Source: Gekko japonicus
Taxonomy: Eukaryota
Reading direction: 5' to 3'
NCBI RefSeq assembly: GCF_001447785.1
Contig: NW_015166495.1
Location: 36,113 to 100,112, forward strand
DNA length: 64,000 bases
Shown here: positions 1-12,918 of the stretch, one piece after another
Layout: each line of letters begins with the position of its first letter
Numbering within the stretch: the first letter of the stretch is position 1
Notes under the pieces: generated by a model
Database searches by the model: none
What the model saw: only the letters and a program-made list of their open reading frames with translations
What the model was told of the DNA's origin: nothing
Made by a program: the position numbers and the translations under genes

Positions 1-368
1 GAGAGACCCAACAACAGCCTGGCCGTGGCATTCTGCACTAGCTGCAGCCTCCGGATCTGGGACAAGGGCAGCCCCATTTAGAGAGCATTGCAGTAGTCTA
101 ATCTCGAGGTGACCATTGTGTGGATCACTGTTGTGAGGTCATTGCGTTTGAGGAAGGGAACCAGCTGCCTAAGTGGTAAAAGGCCACCTTGGCAGTCGCT
201 GCTACCTGGGCCTCCATTGTTAAGGAGGCATCCAGGAGCACTCCCAAGCTCCTGACCCTCGGCCCTGGCACCAATGGGGCCCCACCGAAAGCCGGCAATG
301 GGATCCCTACCCTCGACCCGCTCCGACTCAAGAACAGGACCTCCGTCTTCATTGGATTCAGTTTCAGT
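1..368 (-). mobile_element. L2/CR1-group LINE RT fragment
   Basis: RLKLNPMKTEV..VRSLGVLLD..SRLDYCNAL. Related pieces at ~22200-22440 and ~38000-38480. Confidence 0.75.
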
Positions 369-1032
369 CGGCTTCGCCCGATTTTCCCCGTGGTTTCGTG
401 ATCCCGTTTTTTGAGGATCATGAAACCGTGGGGAAAATCGGGTGAAGCCGCAGGTCAAAATGCAGCCGTGTGGCTTCAAGTGAGAAATTGACCAATAGAA
501 GCGGGGCAAAGGGAGGCGCAACTGCGGCGCAGCTCTTGTGTGAAAATAATCTCAGAATCTAACCCTTACACTGTTAGATATCTTAGACAGAACGATATAT
601 GTAGAGATTTAATGTAAGTAATTAATTCAATATTTTTGGATTTTCCCCCCCTGATTCAGTATGGTTTGTAAGCCATAGTAAAAGTTGACTGACATGACTG
701 ATATTCAAAAGTTGGAGAAATTTTGTAAAGATGTTTCTGGTTTGGGGCAACTTTGGTTTTGCACTACCCCTGAATGCAAAGTCAACTAAGACTTTGCAAA
801 CATTGGTAACTAATAGAATTTTGCCTTTTAAACAAGAAAAAAGAAGGAAATTTCCTATTTGCTTCGTTCATATATTTATTTATTATGTAAAACATTATGT
901 ATACTGCTATTGTGATATTAATAACATAAACAATGTTAAGATCAATAGACATAGCATGCAGCATCCCAGAAAAATGGCTAGACATATTTGTACAGAAGGG
1001 ATATCAGTATGGACATTGAGTCTGGAAGTGGT

Positions 1033-1968
1033 TTATTTTTCTGCTTTCATCCCAATCAGCCTTGATAAAGCTCCCTTCACATCCCTGTTTCTCAGGCTGT
1101 AGATCAAGGGGTTGAGCATTGGGGTTACAACCCCATAAAAGATGGCCACTATTTTTTCCCTATCTGTGAATGTCTTGGCCTGAGGCCTCAGGTATGCAGC
1201 CATGGCAGTGCCATAGAAGATGCCCACCACAGCCAGGTGAGAGCCACAGGTGGATAAAGCTTTGCCCCGGCCTTCAGCTGAGCGGATGCGCAGGACAGCC
1301 AGACCAATGCACCCATAGGTCAGCAGGATGAAAGCAAAGGGGAACAAAAGAGTGAAAACACTCGTTATCAGCATGCTAAGCCCACTGGCGTGAGTGTCAG
1401 AGCAGGCCAATTTCAACACTGCTTGGAGCTCACATGTAAAATGATTCACCACGTTGCGGCCACACAAGCGTGCCTGCATGCTAAAAAAGGGGACAATGGT
1501 CAAGAAGAAAGAGCTGAGCCACAGGCTGACGGCCAGGATGATGCACACCTTCTGGCTCATGATCATACTATAGTGTAGAGGGCTGCATATTGCCACAAAG
1601 CGGTCGTAAGCCATGACAGCTAGTAAGAGGCATTCAGTGATTGCCAAAAAAAGGCCGATACTCATTTGGGCAAAGCACCTGCCCAGAGGTATAACGGGCT
1701 TGTCTTTGAAGCCATGTGCCAGAATCTGTGGGACAGAAGTAGTGACATAGCAGACATCGATGAAGGAGAGGTTGCTAAGGAAGAAATACATGGGTGTGTG
1801 GAGGTGAGAATCCACCACAATCAACAATACAATGAGACCATTCCCAGCTATGGCACCTATATACATTACTAAGAAGAAGACAAACAATGCAGCGCGCATG
1901 TGGGGTTGTCTGGGGAAGCCCACGAGCACAAACTCAGTCACAGTGGTTCCATTATCCCAATCTTCCAT
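1033..1968 (-). CDS. Olfactory receptor, class II (OR2/OR13-like), intact single coding exon (OR-A)
   Basis: 311-aa ORF from MEDWDNGTT with GN, LHTPMYFFLSNLS, MAYDRFVAIC, KALSTCGSHL and [12 protein letters not shown] motifs. A polypyrimidine-CAG acceptor lies 5 nt before the ATG at 1968, so the longer ORF-track start is probably intronic. Confidence 0.95.
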   Translation of the reverse strand: MEDWDNGTTVTEFVLVGFPRQPHMRAALFVFFLVMYIGAIAGNGLIVLLIVVDSHLHTPMYFFLSNLSFIDVCYVTTSVPQILAHGFKDKPVIPLGRCFAQMSIGLFLAITECLLLAVMAYDRFVAICSPLHYSMIMSQKVCIILAVSLWLSSFFLTIVPFFSMQARLCGRNVVNHFTCELQAVLKLACSDTHASGLSMLITSVFTLLFPFAFILLTYGCIGLAVLRIRSAEGRGKALSTCGSHLAVVGIFYGTAMAAYLRPQAKTFTDREKIVAIFYGVVTPMLNPLIYSLRNRDVKGALSRLIGMKAEK

Positions 1969-2217
1969 GTTTCCTGCAAAAGGGGAATGGGGAATTATAA
2001 TAATATCTGTATTAAATTCCATCTTGCAAACATGTCAATGCATCCTTTGGTTAAATGTCCAAATGGGGGATCAGATTAACACCTTTTTTTGGTCACTGAG
2101 TTGGACCCAGAGCGGGGAGAGTATGAATGCAATACAGTTTGTATGCCTTTTCAGTCTCAACCACATCAACTGTCCCAGTGCACAATTTATCATACATTAC
2201 TAAATGAATCTGATTTT

Positions 2218-2488
2218 TAGAAGAAGAGATTGGATTCATACCCCGCCCTTCACTCGGAGTCTCAGAGTGGCTTACAAATTCCTTTCCCTTCCCCTCCCCA
2301 CAACAGACACCCTGTGAGGTAGGTGGGGCTGAGAGAGCTCTTTCGAGAACTGTCCTTGAGAGAACAGCTCTGACAGAACTATGGCTTTCCCAAGGTCATC
2401 CAGCAGCTGCAAGTGGAGGAGCGGGGAATCAAACCCTGTTCTCCCAGATTAGAGTCCACACACTTAACCACTATGCCAAACTGGCTCC
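2218..2488 (-). mobile_element. tRNA-derived SINE with (CTT/CCT)n tail (Squam3-like)
   Basis: Head GAGCCAGTTTGG..TAGTGGTTAAG, B-box GGTTTGATTCCC, tail TCTTCTTCT. Other copies at ~12623-12918, 14228-14511, 19341-19604, 21912-22188, 22460-22728, 26807-27078 and 30548-30830. Confidence 0.75.
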
Positions 2489-2830
2489 ACTGTTTTTATC
2501 CACCGTTATCTACATCTCTGGAGAAAGCGAGCTTATATTAATAAAGGAATTAAATTGCAGCGGGAAAGAGATCTGTTTTCAGATGAAACCAGATGAAACT
2601 GTGCATTTGTTTCGAATATGTGTCCCTTTTGTACTTTGACTGTTCCCCAATGATTGAATAGCTCCGTTTTTACAATATCGGTACAATGTTTATATGGACT
2701 CCTTGTTGCATCATTGAGGGAAATCATTCCATGTTTTGCAGGGAGTGTGAATAAGGTTCTCATACTGTGTTCCAAACTGGTCAAGATAATTCTGTTTCAA
2801 GCACAGGAGGGAGAAGAATAATTGAATGTA

Positions 2831-3415
2831 NNNNNNNNNNNNNNNNNNNNNNNNNNNNNNNNNNNNNNNNNNNNNNNNNNNNNNNNNNNNNNNNNNNNNN
2901 NNNNNNNNNNNNNNNNNNNNNNNNNNNNNNNNNNNNNNNNNNNNNNNNNNNNNNNNNNNNNNNNNNNNNNNNNNNNNNNNNNNNNNNNNNNNNNNNNNNN
3001 NNNNNNNNNNNNNNNNNNNNNNNNNNNNNNNNNNNNNNNNNNNNNNNNNNNNNNNNNNNNNNNNNNNNNNNNNNNNNNNNNNNNNNNNNNNNNNNNNNNN
3101 NNNNNNNNNNNNNNNNNNNNNNNNNNNNNNNNNNNNNNNNNNNNNNNNNNNNNNNNNNNNNNNNNNNNNNNNNNNNNNNNNNNNNNNNNNNNNNNNNNNN
3201 NNNNNNNNNNNNNNNNNNNNNNNNNNNNNNNNNNNNNNNNNNNNNNNNNNNNNNNNNNNNNNNNNNNNNNNNNNNNNNNNNNNNNNNNNNNNNNNNNNNN
3301 NNNNNNNNNNNNNNNNNNNNNNNNNNNNNNNNNNNNNNNNNNNNNNNNNNNNNNNNNNNNNNNNNNNNNNNNNNNNNNNNNNNNNNNNNNNNNNNNNNNN
3401 NNNNNNNNNNNNNNN
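2831..3415. other. Assembly gap (N run); others at 9747-9905, 19605-19735 and 37092-37120
   Basis: Runs of n. Confidence 0.99.
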
Positions 3416-4699
3416 ATAGCCTTGAGCAGAACAAATAATGAAATGAAATAAAATAATGCGTTACTTAATATTCTTCTGCTGCTGTTTAATTATTGCCCCT
3501 ATTTTTTTGTCACAAACAGAGTAACAGAATCATTTGTGTTGACTTAAGTAAATGAATGTTGAGCGAGGGCCAAATAAGACTATCCATTCTTTAAAAAATA
3601 GCCAAGCATGGGTAGCCCCAGCTGAAAAATGGGGGAAGATATTTCGGCTTGGGAAAAGGGCATGGGGGGGAGGTCTTCCATACCACAGTTCCAAGCCAAA
3701 TTGGGTCCTCCCTCATTTTGAAAGTGATATTCCTCACATCTGTTGTGTGGCTGCAGAGAGAGTGAGTCGGGTTGGGTTCAGGTTCTCTTTAAAAAAATGT
3801 AATGTTTAGTTTAGAAATTAGACTTCAGGATGAAGGACATTGCTTCTTGAGAGATGTGGGTGCACTGTGTGAATGCATTAATACCATACAAATGTCATTC
3901 TCTGACACATGGCGGTGGAAAGTGCCATCACGTTGCAGGTGACTTATGGTGACCTCATAGGGTTTTCAAGGCAAGAGATGTGGTTTGCCATTGCCTGTCT
4001 CCGAGTCCCTATCCTGGTCTTCCTTGGAGGTCTCCCATCCAATACTAGCCAGGGCCAACCCTGCTTAGCTTCTGAGATCTGACAAGATCAGGCTAGCCTG
4101 GGCTATTCAGGTCAGTCTGACACAAAGAGCTGCCTTATACTGAATCATAGAATGTTAAAGATGGAAGGGACCTTGCAGGTAATCTAGTCCAACCCCCTGC
4201 ACTCTGCAGGAGCATAGCTGAAAGATAGCCCTACAACATACCTGAAAGATGGTCATCCATCCTCCACTTGAAAATGTCCAACCCACTGCACTCTGCAGGA
4301 GCATAGCCAAAAGATAGCCCTACAACATACCTGAAAGACGGTCATCCAGACTCTACTTGAAAACATCCAGTGAAGGAGCATCCACCACCTCCTGAAGCAG
4401 TCTGTTCCACTGCTCAACCACTCTTACAGTTAGGAAGTTTCTCCTGATATTTAGCCGGTATCGACTCCCTTGTAATTTCCACCCATTAGATCTAGTCTTG
4501 CAATCCGGAGCAAGAGAGAATAGATCTGCTCCATCTTCTACATGTCAGCCCTTCTCTTTCCCATGCTAAACATACCCAACTCTTTCAGCCTTTCCTCTTA
4601 AGACTTGGACAGACGCTTGGTCTTAAGCAGGAGTCTTTCACATCATCTTGTTACTGTTAAATCATTTTTAAGTGTTGAGGAAGTCTCTTTCCCCAACAC

Positions 4700-7600
4700 T
4701 TGGATAGGACAGTCCAAAGTGTTCAATTTGGCTACGTCTCCCTATCTTAAGATACCTCTGGGTGTTCATGTGTTCTAGATGTCTCTTTCTATTTAGCATT
4801 TTATTTCTAAATACTGTTGACATGTGATGATTATAAAGAAATCACTGACCTTGCCTGTTGTTAAGACTCCGACAGAATCATTCTGCAGTCCTTTTGTGAT
4901 GGAGTTTCGCCACAGCTCGATCCCTGCAACTGGTTGCACACCAAGTGCCAGGTCAAAGAAGAACTCGTGCAGTATAAGCACCCACTCATGTGAACAGCTG
5001 TAAATGGGGGGAAACCCAAGTCTCGTCACTTGTCCAACTACAACTGGTGCAATATTCTAAGATAGTGAGGCTGGTACTCTTTTAGGACTAAAGGAAACCA
5101 GTTTCTCTGACAGGAACTCTTATAATTCCAAAAGCAGAGGATGTCAAATATCATCTGACCCCTCCTGTTATCATCCTGTTACCTCTTTGTTAGTATCTAT
5201 ACCATGGTCTTTAATCTTCGAGGACACAGATTGATAACTGCCCTGGTTTACCTAAGGTAGGATACTTATAATCTGCAATCCTTTATGGGGTCTAGCCCGT
5301 TCTGCCTTTACTTTTCTAACACCAAGGCACCATTGTAATAGTTGTGACACGGTCCGATCAGCATCATTGAAGCCTTACGTTTGTAATTTTAATCTTGATT
5401 TTATTGCTTTATATTAAATGTTGTAACCCGCCCTGAGCTCACTTGCAGGAAGGGTGGGATAGAAATTGAATCAATCAATCAATCAATCAAATAAATAAAT
5501 AAAAGAACATATAGGATGGATCTATCAGTTGGTATTAGCTTTGAGAGCCAACTGGAACGTCCATATTTGGAAGCTTTGGACACTAGCCCCAGAGCAGAAA
5601 CAACCTCCTGTAATTTCTCAAATTTATGTCTAAATTGAATCCAATGACTGCCAAGGGTTATTCTGGCTCTCTCCTTCCTGAAAAGGGGGGTTAATTTTTG
5701 CGGGCCACTACTGGAAACAGAGCTGCGGTGGCTCAAGTGGTTAAAACGCTGAACTGCAGGCTGTGGAAGGTCGGTAGTTTGGCAGTTCGATACCCATGTG
5801 TGCCGCATGACGGAGTGAGCTCCCGTCTCTAGTTCCAGCTCCTGCCAACCTAGCAGTTCGAAAGCAAGAAATTGCAAGTAGATAAATAGGTAATGATCTA
5901 CGTATAAGCAATTTTTTTGATGCACATGGAAGACCAGGCATCCTCAATCCAAGTTTTTGCCAAACTTTCTCCCTAAACCTCAGCTGGGATAAAAACTCCA
6001 AAAAAACTCCAAAATACTCCAAAAGGCGAGATGCCAATTCTGAGTTACGACTATTAAAATTTCAAAGTCTAAGCATCTCAAAGTGATTTTTTGGATTAAT
6101 TATATTTTCACATAGATCTTCGCAGATTTGGACAAATGGGGTCTTAATGGCAAATGGCACAATCACTTTTGGAATGACCATTTTTTAGATGCACATTGAA
6201 GACTGGGCATCCTCAGTCAAAGTTTTTGCCAAACTTCTTCCCTGAGCTTCAGCTAGAAAAAACTCCCCTATATACTCCAAGTGGTGAGATCCGAATTCTG
6301 ATTTATGACTCTAATAAGATTTCAAAGTCTAACCACTTCAAAGTAATCTTTGGATTAATTATATTTTCACACAGAACTTCATAGATTTGTACATCTTGAT
6401 GGCAGATGCCCCAGTCGCTTTTGGAATCATTAGCGGAGGGAATGTTAATTTTTTTTTTGCAAATCTGCCCGATACAATTGTGAATGAACTCAAAAACTCT
6501 GGAATACGTTCTGCAAATGAGTCTTATATTCTGGAACTTAAAAACAAAATAAAGATACCTTATGTCTTACTTCATCTTCTATTTTGTTGCAACTGAAAGT
6601 TTCAAGCAAAATCTAGGATGGTTTCACCAAAGCTGTTATATTCTATCCATGACCATGTTAAAAAGCTATAATTCCATTCTGGAGATCACAATTGTCTTTG
6701 GGAGCCCAGAGGACGACATCCCATGGAGACAATTAGCCAAGAGCAGAAACTCAAATAAGAAACTCGAAGTTGCATCACTTCAGATTTAACCAGTTAATGG
6801 GGACATTTCTCCCGATGCCTTCAAAATCCAAAAGGTGGTAAAGGGTTTCATTCCAGTCCCCAAGCCCTGATACAAAGTTTAGGTGGTTTTTTCCCCCAGA
6901 TCATCATTATCAGGATATCATCTTCATCTTCATCTTTCCCTCCCAGAATTAGAATTCCCAATGAAACTTAAGAGAAATGAAAAACTCATGGATTCCTATG
7001 CATACAAAATATAGAAGTTAAAAATATAATGACCTGGATTCACTGGAAATTCCCACGGACAGCAGGGATTTCTATCTGTGGGGTGTGAGTTTCTTGTCCC
7101 TAGCATTCTGCTGAGGGTCCAAATGCCTCTTTGAATGCTGGTCCTTGTGGACGGGGAACCTCCAGGAACAGAGGGGAGGGACTGGAAGTCTGTAGTCGGA
7201 GAAGGATGTGAAAAGGTCCCCTCCTATCAGCAGAAATCCACACAGGATTCATCCTTTGATAAGGTTATCAAAATATTTCATGGGGGGGGATTTGGTGGTG
7301 ATGGAAGGTGAGGTCAAGACAAAGCTAGGTTACGGTGACGTCTTAGGGTTTTCAGGGCAAGAGACATTCAGAGGTGGTTTGCAATTGCCTGCCTCTTTGG
7401 CATGACCCTGGTATTCCTTTGGTGGTCTCCCATCAAAATCCTAGCCAGGGCCGACCCTGTTTACCTTCTGAGATCTGAAGAGATCAGGCTAACCTGATCT
7501 ATCCAGTTTGAGGGGGAATTTATAGACAGCCCTGGCTCTTTGGCTTGGAAATGGAGATGAGCACCGCAACCCTAGAGTTGGATTTGACTGGCTTTCGAGC

Positions 7601-7830
7601 AAGGGAAACCTTTACCTTTACTTATTCCTCCCCCCTCCCCCGCTCTGTGGTTTCTGTAGGTTCTTGTTCACATTTGCTAAAGAGAAATCTTTCATATATC
7701 ACATTTCTGTTAAGTTCCAGATGCTTTTGCAGGGCTTCTTATGATTTGAAGGGATGTTTGCTATCTGCTGCTGGTATATCTCGATGTTGCTGGAGTAAGT
7801 AAGATTTCCTTTCAGTTCATAATTAAGCTA
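4700..7830 (-). mobile_element. Ancient degenerate Gypsy relic, copy upstream of OR-A (RT, PR and gag fragments)
   Basis: Blocks are paralogous to those upstream of the other ORs. Minus-strand remnants include VPFAIK, GIELW/GIKL and a gag-like block at ~7640-7800. Internal ~260-bp tandem duplication (~5920-6185 and ~6186-6410). Confidence 0.65.
5720..5895 (+). mobile_element. Sauria SINE, 5' part (a 3' part lies at ~7525-7620)
   Basis: Near-identical to the 5' half of 15309-15652. Confidence 0.7.
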
Positions 7831-8233
7831 CAGTGTCAAAATAAAGTGGGATCTTATTATCATATGTGATGGTTATGTGATAAAGCAAAAAAGTATTGGT
7901 TTTGGATTCGTGAAATTTTACAAAAAATTGTTAAAATGTTCTGTACCCTTTGTTCCAGAAATATTTTTATTGAATATTTTACCTGAAAACTGTAAAAAAT
8001 ATGATTCTTATCTTACATTACACGTAATTACAACAGTGAGAATACTTCATGCTAAATACTGGAGAAGAACAGAAACACCCTTGAGAGAAGAAATCCTAAG
8101 TAAAATTTTGGAAACTGCAGAGATGGGCAAATTAACTTTAATCCTGAAAGGACAACCAGAGTCAACATTTGACAATACATGGTCAAGATTTTATAAGTGG
8201 TTTGAAGACTATAGTAAAGAACTTACCCAGATC

Positions 8234-8957
<724 letters not shown>

Positions 8958-10763
8958 CTAAGTGGAGGAAATATGTGCACAGAGGAAGACAAGTGATTGG
9001 GGGAAAGGGAGAATAAAGCACACTCAGAGAGAAGAAGTTCGAGATTGGAAAGGGGTATGCCAGTGCTCTGCTGCTCCGCAGCCACCTCCACAGCTGATCA
9101 GTGAGCAGCGGGTTGGATCCAAGTGAGAAGCCCCTTCATGCAGACACTCTGTCACTGGTTCATCCTTCACAATGACCCACAATGGCCCTGCTGATCAGAC
9201 CAATGGTCCATTTGTCCAGCATCCTATCTCACATAGAGACCAACCAGTTCCTCTGGAGGGGCAATAACTGGGCTTAGAGGCCAAGACCTTCCCCAGATGT
9301 TGCCTCCTGGCTCTGGGATTCGGAGGCTTAGTGCCTCTGAGTGTGGAGGTTCCCCTCAGTCACCACGGGTAGTGGCCATTGATACTTATCCTCCACGAGT
9401 AAAGCTGTTTATTCCTGTGGTCTTCACTATGTCCTCTTGCAGCCTTCCTGAAGCACATGGCCAGGATGCCTACAGGTGCCACATTGGAGAACATAGCAAG
9501 AAATGATGTCTGACTGACAGCGAGCATGTCCAGAACACTAAAGAAGCCCTATCAAGTGGGGAAACATGGCATACAGTGATGACAGATCAGGATGAAAAAA
9601 CTGGTGGGAAAACAGACAATAAAAAGGGTTTATCTCAGGGAATGTCTCAGTCACATTTTCACTACACCCGCCCTGGAAGGAGCTCAGTATGGTGTACATG
9701 GTCATTCTCTCCTCTATTTGACCCTCACAAAAACCTTGTGAGGGAGNNNNNNNNNNNNNNNNNNNNNNNNNNNNNNNNNNNNNNNNNNNNNNNNNNNNNN
9801 NNNNNNNNNNNNNNNNNNNNNNNNNNNNNNNNNNNNNNNNNNNNNNNNNNNNNNNNNNNNNNNNNNNNNNNNNNNNNNNNNNNNNNNNNNNNNNNNNNNN
9901 NNNNNNAGAGCAGTTGGACCAATGTGTTTTATGGCTGGATGGGGATTAGAATCTGTGGCTCCTAATTCTTAACCCATCTTTCAATATGATACTTGTCAGA
10001 ATGCAAGAGTACGCGATGCACTGCTAATATCGATTTAGTCTCTGAAGCCTTTGGTGTAACCTCTTAGTCCTCGTCCCTGCTGAAAGATCTCATCCATCCC
10101 CTGGTATCCTTGGATTATCTCCTCTTCCTCAGTCATCCTCATCTTTCAATTTATTAGCATCAAAAGTCAAATTTTCAGTTCCTTGGAGCAGGGCTCTAGG
10201 CTCATGTTATCTATGTGAATCACAGTGGTTCTGTGATTAGCGGCAAAAAAAGAACACTGAGCAAAAGAGAAATTGCATACAGCCGCCCATAAAGACGGTG
10301 GTACTTATGCTTGCCGAGAGGATAACTGTCAATATGGATAGATCCTGGTGGTCAGCCGTGTTGGTCGGAAGTAGCAGAACAAATTTATACCCCCGTGGCA
10401 CCTTTAAGACCAATAAAGTTTTATTCAAGGTATAAGCATTCGTGCACATGCACACTTTTTCGAATACACTGGAATGGCAGGTAAGGTTCAGACTTATAGC
10501 GAGGGGCTGAACAGCAAATTAACAAGTGACACAATGAAGACGCGCAAAGAAAATACTAAATAACAAGCTAAGGTTATAAGGCCAACAATTGTAAAGCAAT
10601 AAATATGTCAAAATAGCAGATAGATGTGTAAAGGTGTCTTTTCAAATTGTGGGGAGACTGATACTCCCCATTCTCTCCTCTCAGGCATGGAGGTCACTTA
10701 ACAGCATTTTTCCCCGAGGTGGGTATTTTTGAGGTCAATAGGGATTGTGACTTTGGAAGCAGT

Positions 10764-12423
10764 TCATTCCTCTGCTTTCCTCCCAATCAGTCTCCAAAAG
10801 GCTCTCTTCACAACCCTGTTTCTCAAGCTATAGATCAGGGGGTTGAGCATTGGGGTCACAATCGCATAAAAAACAGCCACCATTTTGTCCCTATCTGTGA
10901 ACGTCTTGGTTTGAGGCTTCAGGTATGCAGACAAGGTGGTTCCATAAAAAATGCCCACCACAGCCAGATGAGAGCCACAGGTGGATAAAGCTTTTCCCCG
11001 GGCTGAGCGGATGCGCAAGACAGCCAGACCAATGCGCCCATATGTCACCAGGATAAAGGTAAAGGGGAACAGAAGAGTGAAGACACACGTTATCTGCCAG
11101 CTAAGCCCATTGAGGTGAGTGTCAGAGCAGGCCAATTTCAACACTGCCTGGACCTCACATATAAAATGATTCACCACATTGCGGTAACAAAAGTGAACTG
11201 GCTGGCTGAAAAGAACGACGGCGGTCAAGACAAAAGAGCTGCACCACAGGCTGACGGCCACTCCAACACACACCTTTCTATTCATAATCAAGGTATAGCG
11301 TAGAGGGCTGCATATTGCCACAAAGCGGTCGTAAGCCATGACAGCTAGCATGAAGCACTCCGTGAATGCCAAAGAAGTTGTTGTTCAGTCGCACAGTCGA
11401 GTCCGACTCTTCGCGACCCCATGGACGAGCTCTCTCCAGGCCTTCCGGTCTTCTGCCGTCCTCTGAAGTTGGCTCAACTTCATGTTCGTTGCATCGATGA
11501 CACTGTCTAACCATCTCATCCTTTGCCGTCCCCGTCTTCTTTGACCTTCAATCTTTCCAAGCATCAGGGTCTTCTCCAGTGAGTGCTCCCTTCTCATTTG
11601 GTGGCCAAAGTATCTGAGCTTCAGTTTCATTATCTGGCCTTCCAGGGAACAGTCAGGGTTGATTTCTTTGAGGATTGACTGATTTGTTCTTCTTGCAGTC
11701 CAAGGGACTCTCAAGAGTCTCCTCCAGCACCATAGTTCAAAAGAATCTATTCTTCGGCGCTCGGCCTTCCTTATAGTCCAGCTCTCGCAGCCATACATGA
11801 CTACTGGGAATACCATTGCTTTGACCATGCGGACTTTTGTTGGCAGGGTGATGCCTCTACTTTTTATCATGCTGTTTAGGTTCGCCATCGCTTTCCTCCC
11901 AAGGAGCAGGCGTCTTTTAATTTCATGGCTGCAGTCACAGTCTGCGGTGATCTGGGATCCCAGGAACGTGAAGTCTGTCACTACTTCCACAGCTTCCCCT
12001 TCTATTTGCCAAGGAGTGATGGGGCCGGATGCCATGATCTTAGTTTTTTTGATGTTGAGCTTCAAGCCCACTTTTGCGCTCTCCTCTTTTACTCTGAGCC
12101 AAAGAAGTACCGATGGTCATTTGTGCGAAACAGCTGCCCAGAGGGATGATGGGCTTGTCTTTGATACAATGAGCCAGCATCTGTGGGACGGCGACAGTGA
12201 TATAGCAGATGTCAATGAAAGCGAGGTTGCTGAGGAAGAAATACATGGGTGTGTGGAGGTGCGAATCCACCACCGTCAGCACCACGATGAGACCATTCCC
12301 AGCTACGGTGGCTGCATACGTGACTACGAAAAAGACGAACAAGGCAACACGCACATGGGGTTGTCTGGAGAGGCCCAGGAGAACAAACTCGGTCACTGTG
12401 GTTCTGTTATCCCAATCGTCCAT
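10764..12423 (-). pseudogene. Olfactory receptor disrupted by a Bov-B LINE insertion (OR-B)
   Basis: The N-half (MDDWDNRTT...MTIGTSLA) and C-half (FTECFMLAVMAYDRF...GRKAEE) are separated by a LINE. TSD GCCAAAGAAGT at 11368-11378 and 12098-12108. Removing 730 bp restores a 930-bp in-frame ORF. Confidence 0.93.
11379..12097 (-). mobile_element. Bov-B (RTE clade) LINE, 5'-truncated
   Basis: Open RT C-terminal ORF (GLKLNIKKTKIM, YGCESWT, ELWCWRRLLRVPWTARR, LKLRYFGH, GRQRMRWLD), a (CAA)n tail and an 11-bp TSD. Confidence 0.93.
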
Positions 12424-12622
12424 ATTTCCTGTAACAGGGAAATTGAGAATCATCGTATCATCTGCATGCGATTTCACCCTGCACACATGTTTACTCATCC
12501 GTTTGTTAAATTTTAAATTGGCGATTCAGATGAATCACGGTTGGCCCTGCTTAACTTCTGAGATCTGACACGATTGGGCTTGCCTGGGCAATCCAGGCCA
12601 GGGCTACAATGAAAACTTTATT

Positions 12623-12918
12623 GAGCCAGTTTGGTGTAGCCAGTTTGGTGTAGTGGTTAAGTGTGCGGACTCTAGTCTGGGAGAAATGGGTTTGATTCCC
12701 CACTCCTCCACTTGCACCTGCTGATGTGACCTTGGGTCAGTCACAAGCTCTGGCACAGCTGTCGTTGAAAAAGAGCAGTTTGTGTCAGATTTCTCTCAGC
12801 CCCACCCACCTCACAGGGTGTCTGTTGTGGGGAGGGGAAGGGAAAGGAGTTTGTAAGCCGCTCTGAGACTCCAAGTGAAGGGCGGGGTATAAATCCAATC
12901 TCTTCTTCTTCTTCTTCT
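12623..12918 (+). mobile_element. Squam3-like SINE
   Basis: Same family as 2218-2488; duplicated head and (TCT)n tail. Confidence 0.75.

Noticed and set aside
2767-3451. Long ORFs of X residues (also near 9.7, 19.6 and 37.1 kb)
   Set aside because: Artefacts of N gaps.
6562-6789. Recurrent + strand ORFs (also 34251-34592, 17763-18047, 51077-51307 -) and an HGDN peptide suggesting a novel gene family or a viral L-protein GDN motif
   Set aside because: Frames are not preserved between copies. The opposite strand fits Gypsy protease/RT between gag and RT remnants, and no other viral polymerase motifs are present.
11797-12516. 239-aa + strand ORF and similar ORFs opposite the OR genes
   Set aside because: Antisense shadows of the OR and Bov-B coding sequence.
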